Source: Candidatus Saccharimonadota bacterium (GTDB lineage Bacteria; Patescibacteriota; Gracilibacteria; UBA4473). Taken from it: a stretch of 32,000 bases of DNA. This document shows, piece by piece, positions 1 to 7,697 of this stretch; the first letter of the stretch is position 1, and each line of letters opens with the position of its first letter. Position numbers and translations under genes: made by a program. The notes beneath the pieces were generated by a model. The model had not been told where the DNA came from, ran no database searches, and was given only the letters and a program-made list of their open reading frames with translations. The stretch is from positions 750,001 through 782,000 of the forward strand of contig OZ245819.1 of NCBI GenBank assembly GCA_965228485.1, written 5' to 3'.

Positions 1-116
1 CGCGAAAAGATTACCAGCAGATTCCTCCAAGGGTGGAATATGCTTTAACAGCCCTAGGAAATACGGCTCTTGAGCTGAAACCAGCTCTGTTGAAGCTGGG
101 CACCCAGATGAAATAG
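1..116 (+). CDS. HxlR-type winged-helix transcriptional regulator, C-terminal fragment (5' end outside window)
   Basis: Frame 3 is open from the window edge to TAG at 114-116. It reads ...YQQIPPRVEYALTALGNTALELKPALLKLGTQMK*, matching the PPRVEY-x-LT-x-LG wing and C-terminal helix typical of HxlR-family regulators (from memory). Not in the ORF track because no start codon lies in the window. Confidence 0.5.
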   Translation, partial: RKDYQQIPPRVEYALTALGNTALELKPALLKLGTQMK

Positions 117-222
117 CGCGTATTAATTTAAAAACCAATACTCAACTGATTAGCTTACAATATTTTTAAGCAAATTTTAAATTAAGAAATAAAGTTCGAA
201 TCTCATACAGTTTGGCCTGCCA

Positions 223-771
223 CTAAGCCTTTAAGGCATCCCAAATCACCTTCAACTCATCTGCTGAAGGTTTTTTTTGAGGCTCTTCAGAAAATTTCTG
301 TATGAAAGCCATTAAAATTCCCCACCAAATATTCATAAGTAGGCACGTATCCATATCTTTAAGTTCCCCTGTTTTTTGCCAAGCCTTAATAGTCTCCATC
401 GATCCCGCCACTTCTTTTTTATAGATCTCTTTCGCTTCCTTTGAAACTATTGGTCCACGCTCTAGAAGTTGAAAATATTTAAAATCCTCAAAATTCTCTA
501 TGTAATAGCTAATAATCGCCTCTGAAAGCTTTAGAATATTTTCTTTTACTGAGGCATTCTCATCTAGAAATGTAGCAACATACCGAAAAGATTTTTGTTT
601 CTTCTCTAAATAAATCGCATCAATCAAATCTTGCTTCCTCTTGAAATGAACAAACAAAGTGCCTGAGGCAATGCCCGCCTCTTTACAAATTTGAGCCGTA
701 GAAGTTTTATCAACTCCTTGTGTCACAAAAAGTTTTTGAGCTACCTTAAGAATTTTTTCCTTAGTGTTCAT
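223..771 (-). CDS. TetR/AcrR family transcriptional regulator
   Basis: 182-aa ORF. The N-terminal helix-turn-helix KILKVAQKLFVTQGVDKTSTAQICKEAGIASGTLFVHFKRKQDL is the TetR-type DNA-binding signature. Ends at TAG 223-225. Confidence 0.9.
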   Translation of the reverse strand: MNTKEKILKVAQKLFVTQGVDKTSTAQICKEAGIASGTLFVHFKRKQDLIDAIYLEKKQKSFRYVATFLDENASVKENILKLSEAIISYYIENFEDFKYFQLLERGPIVSKEAKEIYKKEVAGSMETIKAWQKTGELKDMDTCLLMNIWWGILMAFIQKFSEEPQKKPSADELKVIWDALKA

Positions 772-787
772 AAAGTATATTTTCTCC

Positions 788-833
788 TTTATATCTATTT
801 ATCAAACCAGTTCAAAACCAGACTTGTGGTTTT
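788..833 (-). promoter_or_regulatory. Candidate TetR promoter with overlapping palindromic operator
   Basis: Minus-strand reading gives TTGAAC (815..810), 16 nt, TATAAA (793..788), ending 16 nt before the TetR ATG. The inverted repeat AAAACCA-N6-TGGTTTT (814-833) overlaps the -35. A further half-site copy CAAACCAG (803-810) lies in the spacer. Confidence 0.4.
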
Positions 834-843
834 ATAAAATTGA

Positions 844-1623
844 TTACTTAATCTCTTGCATTTGACGCACCATACGCAACACTCGCTTTTTCGACATGAA
901 TGTCATCAGCTTCATTAAAACTTTCTGCCCAAAGGTTAGTCCCGAAACAACATCCAATTCCCCCTTCAGCATACCATTGTAGCCATCTTCCGCCACCGAA
1001 CGAGCAGAAGCTGCTTTCTGGAATAAATCCGTTTTGTCCATTCCAGAGTTTTTTGCAAACCCTGTAGCGGTTGCTCCAGGCATCAGATTTGTAACGGTTA
1101 TATTCGTATCATAAAGCTCTTCAGCAAGGGCATTAGAAAAGAACTGAAAATAAGATTTCGTAGCAAAATACACCGCTTGCAATGGCCCTGGCATATAACT
1201 GGCAGTAGAGGAAACATTCAGTATTTTTCCTGAATTCTTTTTTATAAAATCTGGCAAAAACAATCGGCAAAGATGTGATGGCGCAATCATATTTACCTGC
1301 ATCATCGATCGATCTTTTTCCCATTCACGCTCATAAAATTTTCCATGCCCCCCGAATCCAGCATTATTAATGAGGTAATCAACATGAATTTTTTCCTTCT
1401 TTAACTCATCATAGATTTCAATAGGAGCCTGTTCATCATTAAGATCTTTTACTATAACTTTGACTTCTATTCCGTGCGATCGTTCCAGGTCTTGTTTCAA
1501 ATCCTGAAGTTCAGCTTCTCTTCGTGCAACAATTACCAAATCCCCTCCACGCTCTGCGTGAATAGCTGCGAACTCTTTACCGATCCCCGAACTTGCTCCT
1601 GTAATAAGCGCTACATTTTTCAT
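844..1623 (-). CDS. Short-chain dehydrogenase/reductase (SDR) family oxidoreductase
   Basis: 259-aa ORF with TGASSGIGKEFA (TGxxxGxG cofactor site), NNAG and the YFATK (YxxxK) catalytic motif of classical SDRs. Confidence 0.9.
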   Translation of the reverse strand: MKNVALITGASSGIGKEFAAIHAERGGDLVIVARREAELQDLKQDLERSHGIEVKVIVKDLNDEQAPIEIYDELKKEKIHVDYLINNAGFGGHGKFYEREWEKDRSMMQVNMIAPSHLCRLFLPDFIKKNSGKILNVSSTASYMPGPLQAVYFATKSYFQFFSNALAEELYDTNITVTNLMPGATATGFAKNSGMDKTDLFQKAASARSVAEDGYNGMLKGELDVVSGLTFGQKVLMKLMTFMSKKRVLRMVRQMQEIK

Positions 1624-1645
1624 GATTAAGTTTTTTAAAAATTAG

Positions 1646-1828
1646 TTATTTTTTTGTCTTTTTAGTCATACAACATTTGCCAAAAACCTGATGTACAAGA
1701 TATAGCATGAGCAAAAACAAATTCACTAAAACTAAACTCCAAGTAAGAAAGAACATTGTTAAAACTATTTTTCCAAAACAAGTGGACATCATCCACATTA
1801 CCTCCGAACTGATTACTGGATCTACCAT
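1646..1828 (-). CDS. Small hydrophobic hypothetical protein (60 aa)
   Basis: ATG ORF on the same strand, 22 nt upstream of the SDR gene. Two hydrophobic segments and a Lys-rich tail. No family recognised; it could be spurious. Confidence 0.3.
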   Translation of the reverse strand: MVDPVISSEVMWMMSTCFGKIVLTMFFLTWSLVLVNLFLLMLYLVHQVFGKCCMTKKTKK

Positions 1829-1901
1829 TATTTTAACAAACTAAAAAAACTGAGCACTCACTCATTTTATGACAACAAAAAACAAAAGTCAAACGGACTT
1901 T

Positions 1902-2099
1902 TTACTCTAAGCAATAGTCTTTTTCATTAGAGGAATCAGCCAGGTATAAAATCTTCTCCTGGGCACAATATCCATTTACAACGGCATAATGCCCAACTTT
2001 AGACAATGGATTATGGTAATTAACAATCGGTAAATAACCATTTTCCAAGCTCAACAAGAGATCCTCTATTTGCGCTTCCGATTTTTCTATAAAATTTAA
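1902..2099 (-). pseudogene. Remnant of a C39-like/papain-fold peptidase (C-terminal half only)
   Basis: Open frame with no ATG or GTG: LNFIEKSEAQIEDLLLSLENGYLPIVNYHNPLSKVGHYAVVNGYCAQEKILYLADSSNEKDYCLE*. The G-x-PIV ... GHYxVVxGY ... D pattern resembles the His/Asp-bearing C-terminal half of C39-like peptidases (from memory). The Cys-bearing N-terminal half is absent. It begins directly after the helicase stop cluster. Confidence 0.3.
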
Positions 2100-2108
2100 T
2101 TATTGCTA

Positions 2109-3797
2109 TCACCTCTTTCTTCCTCTGCGACGATTATTGACCCCTGCTCTTTTTGGGTTTCTCAACTCTTCAGTCGCTCTCTCTACTCTAACTTTTGGTT
2201 TTTGATGTTTCATTGCCTCAAAGGATTCTAAAATTATCTCAGCTTCCTCCAAGGGCACTGAAATAAAAGAGTAAGAATCCATAATATCAATTCTTCCTAC
2301 TTTTTTTCCAGAAACTCCGAACTCATCTTCTATTAATCTCAAAATTTTTGCAGGGTTCGTTCTATCTCTTCTTCCCGTTGTCAAGAAGAGTCTCGCTTGT
2401 CCAATTTCATTAACCCGCTCTGAGGACCTCCCGCTTGTTCTCATTCCTGGCGCTGTTCGTTTTCCATTCTTGGTTTCTTCTATTTTTTTATAAGAACTTT
2501 CATCCAACTGAGCTGAAAAACTATACTTAAGAAGTGCCGCTACAACTTCTTCGGAATCTTTTCCCTCAAACATTTCTTGAGCCAACGCCTTAAATTTATC
2601 CAATTTTTTTGATTCACTAAAAATCGTATCAATATCTTGTCTAATTTTTTCTTTCTTGATTTCAATCATTGTCCCTGCTGGAGGTATTGAAGCTTTTTGA
2701 ATCTCTGCTTTTGCATGGTCTTCAAATAAGCGAAGACGTCTAAATTCTGCGGGAGTAATCAGCGTTATTGCCTTCCCACTTTTCCCTGCCCGGCCAGTCC
2801 TTCCGATACGATGAACATAAGATTCTGAATTTTGTGGTAAAGCATAATTAATCACATGGCTTAAATCATTCACATCAATCCCACGAGCAGCAACGTCGGT
2901 GGCTACCAGAACTTCTATATTTTTTTGTTTAAAGTTTTTTAATATTTGCTCTCTACGATCTTGAGTAACATCTCCATGAAAAGCCTCTGATTTATACCCG
3001 CGATCATTTAAGTGCTTAGAAATTTCGTCGCTTTCAACTTTTGTACGACAAAAAATAATTCCATAGAAATCAATCTCCATGTCAATAATTCTGCATAACG
3101 CCTCAAATTTATCTTTAGGATAAACCTCAAAATAAATCTGATCTACCGAGTTATTGGTTATTTGATCCTTCTGTGTTTTAATGCTCACAGGATCATTCAT
3201 ATACTTTTTCGTTAGTGCCATTATCTGAGAAGGCATAGTCGCGGAAAAAAGAAGCACCTGTCTCTCTTTTTTTACGTGTCCCAATATAGTTTCAATATCT
3301 TCGATAAATCCCATATTTAACATCTCATCTGCCTCATCTAAAACAAAATAATCCACAGAATTTAGGTTTAACGTTCCTTTTTCTAGGTGTTCCATAATAC
3401 GTCCTGGAGTTCCAACAACAATATCTACACCTGCTTTTAAGTGCTTTTTTTGCATTCCCCAAGACTGACCTCCATAAATCGGAACAACGGAAAACTCTTT
3501 TGCCCCTTTCAGTGAGTTGATTTCTTCTGAAACTTGTATTGCAAGCTCTCTAGTAGGAGCTAGAACAATGGCTTGTGGATGTTTCGATTTCCCAGGAATA
3601 ATTTTGTCCGTAAAGACCAAACCAAATGTTGCCGTTTTTCCTGTTCCAGTCTGTGCTTGCGCGATAACATCACGATCTGATTTTAGTAAAAGGGGGATTG
3701 TTTTTGCCTGGATTTCGCTTGGTTCTTCAAAGCCTTTTTGCTTAATAGCTTCTAAAGCAATTGGAGATAATCCGAGATCCTGAAATGATTGGGTCAT
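2109..3797 (-). CDS. DEAD-box ATP-dependent RNA helicase with C-terminal DbpA-type RNA-binding domain
   Basis: Q motif FEEPSEIQ, motif I AQTGTGKT, DEAD, SAT and HRIGRTGRAG are present. The C-terminal block ARLFLTTGRRDRTNPAKILRLIEDEFGV... is followed by an Arg-rich tail. The ORF-track start at 3833 is a TTG. The ATG at 3797 (MTQSFQDLGL) is preferred because a -35/-10 pair lies immediately upstream. The stop is TGA, followed directly by TAG. Confidence 0.92.
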   Translation of the reverse strand: MTQSFQDLGLSPIALEAIKQKGFEEPSEIQAKTIPLLLKSDRDVIAQAQTGTGKTATFGLVFTDKIIPGKSKHPQAIVLAPTRELAIQVSEEINSLKGAKEFSVVPIYGGQSWGMQKKHLKAGVDIVVGTPGRIMEHLEKGTLNLNSVDYFVLDEADEMLNMGFIEDIETILGHVKKERQVLLFSATMPSQIMALTKKYMNDPVSIKTQKDQITNNSVDQIYFEVYPKDKFEALCRIIDMEIDFYGIIFCRTKVESDEISKHLNDRGYKSEAFHGDVTQDRREQILKNFKQKNIEVLVATDVAARGIDVNDLSHVINYALPQNSESYVHRIGRTGRAGKSGKAITLITPAEFRRLRLFEDHAKAEIQKASIPPAGTMIEIKKEKIRQDIDTIFSESKKLDKFKALAQEMFEGKDSEEVVAALLKYSFSAQLDESSYKKIEETKNGKRTAPGMRTSGRSSERVNEIGQARLFLTTGRRDRTNPAKILRLIEDEFGVSGKKVGRIDIMDSYSFISVPLEEAEIILESFEAMKHQKPKVRVERATEELRNPKRAGVNNRRRGRKR

Positions 3798-3803
3798 AAT
3801 AAA

Positions 3804-3833
3804 TTTATATTCTTGAAAAGCGAGCCTATACAA
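3804..3833 (-). promoter_or_regulatory. Promoter of the helicase gene (leaderless geometry)
   Basis: Minus strand: TTGTAT (3833..3828), 18 nt, TATAAA (3809..3804), 6 nt (TTTATT), then ATG at 3797. Confidence 0.5.
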
Positions 3834-3893
3834 AAAGGCTCATGACACAAACATATTGTCAAATATTGCAAAAAATTAGAATTTATAAAACTT

Positions 3894-4622
3894 CTAATTA
3901 AAACGCTCCATAAAAATGTCACTCGTTGGAATTGATTGTTTCTCTAAAATTTCTTGAACGCTCACCACCATGTCTCCATTCCCACAAATATAGAACTCAC
4001 TATTTTTTGGATATACTACATCCTCTAAGAATTTAGTAATTCGACAATTATGAGCATATTCTGCATAATCCTGAGCTTTTTCATCCCGAGAGAAACCCAG
4101 GTATATTTTTAACTTTGGCGACCAATTTTTAATGTCATCTAGATAAGCGATATCTTCGGCGTCTCTACCTCCATACAAAAGAACCATATCTCGAGGAGAA
4201 GCTTTTGCTGTTTCCGCTAAAATCATTGATCTAAATGGAGCAATCCCTGTTCCAGTCCCACAAAAAACTAATGTTTTGTTCACATTCTCAGAAAGTAAAA
4301 AGTGACCGAACGCACCCTTGAAATCCAGAGATTCTCCTTCGCTCATAACGCGTAAAACTTCTGATCCTTTTCCTCCAGGAACTAAACGAACAATAAGTTC
4401 GATTTCTTTTTCTGTAGGAACTGAAGCAATAGAGTAGGCTCTCCAGGTTTTCTCATCAAACCCAAGGGAAATAAACTGACCAGGAAGGAAGTTCCAGTTA
4501 TCTACAGAAAGTTCCTCTCCCATAAGAGTTTTTAATTCATCAACTCTAAAGAATAGTTTTATTGTCTCTCGTGCTACTTCTATTTTTTTTGTAAGCGTCA
4601 CCTTTCCCTGATTTATATTCAT
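3894..4622 (-). CDS. FNR-like FAD/NAD(P)H-binding oxidoreductase (ferredoxin/flavodoxin reductase fold)
   Basis: RAYSIAS (RxYS FAD site), GTGTGIAPFRSM (NAD(P)H-binding GxGxxP) and YICGNGDMV are present. The ORF-track start at 4631 is TTG; the first ATG is at 4622 (MNINQGKV). Confidence 0.8.
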   Translation of the reverse strand: MNINQGKVTLTKKIEVARETIKLFFRVDELKTLMGEELSVDNWNFLPGQFISLGFDEKTWRAYSIASVPTEKEIELIVRLVPGGKGSEVLRVMSEGESLDFKGAFGHFLLSENVNKTLVFCGTGTGIAPFRSMILAETAKASPRDMVLLYGGRDAEDIAYLDDIKNWSPKLKIYLGFSRDEKAQDYAEYAHNCRITKFLEDVVYPKNSEFYICGNGDMVVSVQEILEKQSIPTSDIFMERFN

Positions 4623-4689
4623 CGCGGACAAAGATATAAACTTACCAAAAAATGTAAAAATAAAGCACCGTTATTCGGCAAGCCTAAAA

Positions 4690-4809
4690 CTAAGCCACAA
4701 CCCAACCATTCAGGTGTCGAGTATCATACAAATAAGCCACACGTTCATCTCGAGGCATTTCTTCCCAGTAAACAGGAAGACCGAAAGCATTAAATAATTT
4801 TGTTTCCAT
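4690..4809 (-). CDS. Possible 39-aa hypothetical protein
   Basis: ATG ORF below the track cutoff: METKLFNAFGLPVYWEEMPRDERVAYLYDTRHLNGWVVA*. It fills the gap between the GH3 and FNR-like genes on the same strand. No family recognised. Confidence 0.2.
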   Translation of the reverse strand: METKLFNAFGLPVYWEEMPRDERVAYLYDTRHLNGWVVA

Positions 4810-4867
4810 TTTTTAAATATCAATGTCATCTATTGATACGCAAAAATAAAAATTCTATTTCACTTTT

Positions 4868-6019
4868 TTATTGCAAAGAAAGTCTCCAAGCTAACTTTAA
4901 CCGTAAAACTCTTTTTATTTTCTGCTCTATATCAAGAGCAAATTCAGGATTTTGCTTCATTTTTGTTAAAATTTTTCGCTGTAAAATTATTGGGTTAGAA
5001 GGCATCAAAACAATGTCTGCACCAGCCTCAAGAGCTCGAATATCTTTATCGGCAATAAATGCCACCGCCCCCATATTCATTGCATCAGTGATCACTACTC
5101 CTTCGAAACCAAGTTCGTGTCTTAAAAGATTTTTCATGATTTTAGAAGACAGAGTCGACGGCAATTCATCAGTTTGGTAATCAGGGTTATTTTCAATAGC
5201 CAAATGCCCAACCATAATCATAGGCACCTGAGACTCTACAGCTCTTTTAAAAGCCCCAACCTCTTCCAGCCCTCCTTCAATCATTAAAAGAGAATTATGT
5301 GTATCTCCTTCTACATTTCCATGTCCTGGAAAATGTTTGGCCGTGGCAATAATATCATTGTTTTTCATCGTCTTAGCAAAGAGGTTGGCTTTGTGAACCA
5401 CCTCTTCTTCGCTGGAGCCAAATGAACGATCTCCGATAACAGACTGATTCTTATTAATATCATATACAGGAGCAAAATTAATATTTATGCCATATTTTTG
5501 CAGAACAAACGTGATCAATTCTGCGTTTTCCACAATATCTTCGTCGGTCTCTAATGAAGCTGTTTTTGCCACAGTGTCTAAATTTGGAAACCGATAAGCC
5601 AACAATGAAGGCTCAGCATCAACTGAAACAAACAATGGTACTTTACCTATATGAAGGTTAATAATTTCTTCAACATCTTCTGGATCTAAATCTGAACGAA
5701 GAATCATAAATCCTCCTATGTGATTATTTTGTACCCAATTGATTAATTTTGTTTTAGAAACTGACTTTTCCCAGGCGGGCATAATGAGCTGAGCTACGCG
5801 CTCTTCAGGGCTTAAATTTTCATACCAACGGGACACTAATTCATCCAATATTTTTTCATCAGAAAAGTAATCATCTAGTGAAAAAGAAAGATTATGCAAT
5901 ATTGTGGCACTTTCTTCGTAAAACACTTTAAAAAAAACTTCTTTAACATAATTTCGGGCAAGCAAAGAGGTAATTAATACCAACGCCGTAAACCATAATA
6001 AATATTTAATCACCTTCAT
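4868..6019 (-). CDS. Membrane-anchored glycoside hydrolase family 3 N-terminal-domain protein (NagZ/beta-N-acetylhexosaminidase-like)
   Basis: 383 aa. An N-terminal hydrophobic anchor (VIKYLLWFTALVLITSLLA) is followed by the GH3 signature KHFPGHGNVEGDTH and blocks GGFMIL and MIMVGH. Confidence 0.85.
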   Translation of the reverse strand: MKVIKYLLWFTALVLITSLLARNYVKEVFFKVFYEESATILHNLSFSLDDYFSDEKILDELVSRWYENLSPEERVAQLIMPAWEKSVSKTKLINWVQNNHIGGFMILRSDLDPEDVEEIINLHIGKVPLFVSVDAEPSLLAYRFPNLDTVAKTASLETDEDIVENAELITFVLQKYGININFAPVYDINKNQSVIGDRSFGSSEEEVVHKANLFAKTMKNNDIIATAKHFPGHGNVEGDTHNSLLMIEGGLEEVGAFKRAVESQVPMIMVGHLAIENNPDYQTDELPSTLSSKIMKNLLRHELGFEGVVITDAMNMGAVAFIADKDIRALEAGADIVLMPSNPIILQRKILTKMKQNPEFALDIEQKIKRVLRLKLAWRLSLQ

Positions 6020-6036
6020 GCTTCTTAGATTAAATG

Positions 6037-6066
6037 AAAAAGAGCTCTTTTTAAAGAGCTCTTTTT
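6037..6066. terminator. Bidirectional Rho-independent terminator
   Basis: AAAAAGAGCTCTTT-TT-AAAGAGCTCTTTTT. The arms are perfect reverse complements (up to 14 bp) and are flanked by A/T runs on both strands. It lies 24 nt downstream of the 6090..6578 gene stop. Confidence 0.7.
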
Positions 6067-6089
6067 ACGATTAAACCACGCACTATAGT

Positions 6090-6578
6090 TTATTCAACCA
6101 CGTTTGCTAAAACTCTTAAAGCTGTCCAAACTTTTCCATCTGGAGTCTGCTGCATGTAATCGTGCGATCTCGAACTGGTATCCAAAAATAATAATCTATC
6201 TCGTGGCCCTAAATCTTCTGGTCCGTGGAATAGTGGATCGTAATAAAGTACAACCTCAAACTCCCCATTCTGAGGAATAACTACATTATCAAGATAAGCT
6301 GGATTCTTCATACTACCTTTTCCAACACTTTGATCATTTACCAAAATTTCCCCACTTGTACATCCACAAGAACTATCAATGCCATAAATGGCTAATGGAT
6401 TTTCTGATTGGTTTTTGATATTAAAAGCATGACTCACTACCCCATCATTAATACCAATATCCCCAAAATCATATTCCCATTCGCTGGCGACAAAGAGACC
6501 TTCTGAAATTTCTGAATTTGAATTATCCCATGAGCAAGCAAAAAGAAAAAAACTGAATAAAAATACTAAATTTTTCAT
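6090..6578 (-). CDS. Lipoprotein with DUF1573-like domain
   Basis: Signal peptide with lipobox (MKNLVFLFSFFLFAC, Cys15). FGDIGINDGVVSHAFNIKNQSENPLAIYGIDSSCGCTSGEI matches the F-x-FG ... PL-x-I ... SCGCT pattern of DUF1573 (from memory). Confidence 0.7.
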   Translation of the reverse strand: MKNLVFLFSFFLFACSWDNSNSEISEGLFVASEWEYDFGDIGINDGVVSHAFNIKNQSENPLAIYGIDSSCGCTSGEILVNDQSVGKGSMKNPAYLDNVVIPQNGEFEVVLYYDPLFHGPEDLGPRDRLLFLDTSSRSHDYMQQTPDGKVWTALRVLANVVE

Positions 6579-6580
6579 AA

Positions 6581-7249
6581 TTATTTTATTAAATTTCTAT
6601 GAGACAACCGTCTTAGCCAAACATTCATCATGTTTATTTCTTCTACTTGAGCATCAATAATCTCTCGCGCGAGTCTTTTAACCGTCGTATCTTTTCCATG
6701 CTCTAGTACCAAATTAGCCATATCCACGGCCCCTTGATGGTGGGGAATCATCCCCTTAACAAAATCAATATCTGCTTGCCCAGAAAAATCGATACTCATC
6801 CCCTGGTGCATTTTGTGATTTATACGTTTCCAAGCCAGAACACTCATTGGAACTCTTTCTCCATTCCATTGCTGTTCTAAGCTTTTTAACTTTCTCTGCA
6901 TAATTCCAATTTCAATATTCTGAGAACGAATAACTCCCTGAGAAAGTGATTTAATAGCCCCATCTTTTCCGTGAGCTAGTTGAACTAGCGCCATATCTAC
7001 AGCTCCCTGGTGATGAGGAATCATCCCTTTTAAAAAATCGATATCAGGGTCTCCCGTAAAATCAATATTCATCCCTTCATGCATAGTATGATTAATATGC
7101 ATAAAAACTTCGGTAACAAGATCCTTCTTTTTATGATCTTGAGAGGTCATTGAATGCATATGATGAGACATTGTACCTTCATGTTGCATCTGCGCTCGAG
7201 CACTAAAAGTACCAAGTAAAAATAAAATAGTTAAACAGTATTTCATCAT
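6581..7249 (-). CDS. Secreted DUF305 family protein with Met/His-rich N-terminus
   Basis: A signal peptide is followed by MQHEGTMSHHMHSMTSQDH. There are two copies of DIDF-x-KGMIPHHQGAVDMA, the DUF305 signature (from memory). Its stop is 2 nt from the start of the next gene. Confidence 0.85.
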   Translation of the reverse strand: MMKYCLTILFLLGTFSARAQMQHEGTMSHHMHSMTSQDHKKKDLVTEVFMHINHTMHEGMNIDFTGDPDIDFLKGMIPHHQGAVDMALVQLAHGKDGAIKSLSQGVIRSQNIEIGIMQRKLKSLEQQWNGERVPMSVLAWKRINHKMHQGMSIDFSGQADIDFVKGMIPHHQGAVDMANLVLEHGKDTTVKRLAREIIDAQVEEINMMNVWLRRLSHRNLIK

Positions 7250-7293
7250 TAAAAAACATTAAATAATAAATATAAAAAAATATTATTTAATGT

Positions 7294-7656
7294 CTAAAGC
7301 CGCAGACGTACGGTCTCAGCAAAAATATCTTCCGCTAAATATAGATAAGTCGGTGGAGGAAGATTTGTACCAACAAATATATGTGCAAGACTTATTTCAG
7401 ACACTACAAATATATGCTTCGCCAATACCGCTAAAAAAACCGTATCGATATCAACTGAAGCAGTACTGACAAATGTCTCATCCCAAATATCTTGAGCAAT
7501 TTTACACGCCCCACAAGGAACATCTTTGGCCTGCAGTACCTCTCCATGGCAAGGCATAATAACAACTCCTGCCTCTACCTCCAAGGGCATAAAAACAAGA
7601 CAGGCTAAACTCAATAGCTTTACAAGAATTGTGGCAAAAGCAAAAGGCAACCTCAT
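7294..7656 (-). CDS. Hypothetical exported/membrane protein with Cys motifs
   Basis: Hydrophobic N-terminus, then MPCHG and CGAC motifs. Same strand as the DUF305 gene and 44 nt upstream of it. The track start at 7659 is TTG; the ATG is at 7656. Confidence 0.5.
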   Translation of the reverse strand: MRLPFAFATILVKLLSLACLVFMPLEVEAGVVIMPCHGEVLQAKDVPCGACKIAQDIWDETFVSTASVDIDTVFLAVLAKHIFVVSEISLAHIFVGTNLPPPTYLYLAEDIFAETVRLRL

Positions 7657-7664
7657 CAACTTCC

Positions 7665-7670
7665 AATCTA
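7665..7670 (-). promoter_or_regulatory. -10 box (TAGATT), 8 nt before ATG 7656
   Basis: Minus strand: TAGATT-GGAAGTTG-ATG. It lies in a 41-bp divergent intergenic region. Confidence 0.4.
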
Positions 7671-7680
7671 TCCCATTTTT

Positions 7681-7689
7681 TGGTAAAAT
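7681..7689 (+). promoter_or_regulatory. Extended -10 box (TGgTAAAAT), 8 nt before ATG 7698
   Basis: TGGTAAAAT-AAAGTGAA-ATG. Confidence 0.45.
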
Positions 7690-7697
7690 AAAGTGAA

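Noticed and set aside
3798-3833. N-terminal extensions in the ORF track for the helicase (3833), FNR-like gene (4631), Cys-motif protein (7659), cysS (14127), lepA (23315) and the first pilin (23326).
   Set aside because: The first five extended starts are TTG codons (I read them directly). The extensions add non-conserved residues in front of canonical N-termini. In most cases they run through the -10 box that sits 6-8 nt before the internal ATG. For the first pilin (23326) the internal ATG at 23263 gives a typical short leader before the G-FSLVE motif.
4818-4838. Inverted repeat TATCAAT-N7-ATTGATA between the GH3 gene and the 39-aa ORF, as a possible terminator or operator.
   Set aside because: The stem is 7 bp and all A/T except one pair, with a weak U-run. 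This is within what AT-rich sequence yields by chance, and there is no regulator context.
6700-7060. Two similar DNA and protein segments inside the DUF305 gene (…DIDFLKGMIPHHQGAVDMA… twice), which look like a recent internal duplication.
   Set aside because: A two-repeat architecture is, as far as I recall, the normal build of DUF305 proteins. The copies are diverged at the DNA level, so this is family architecture and not a recent event.
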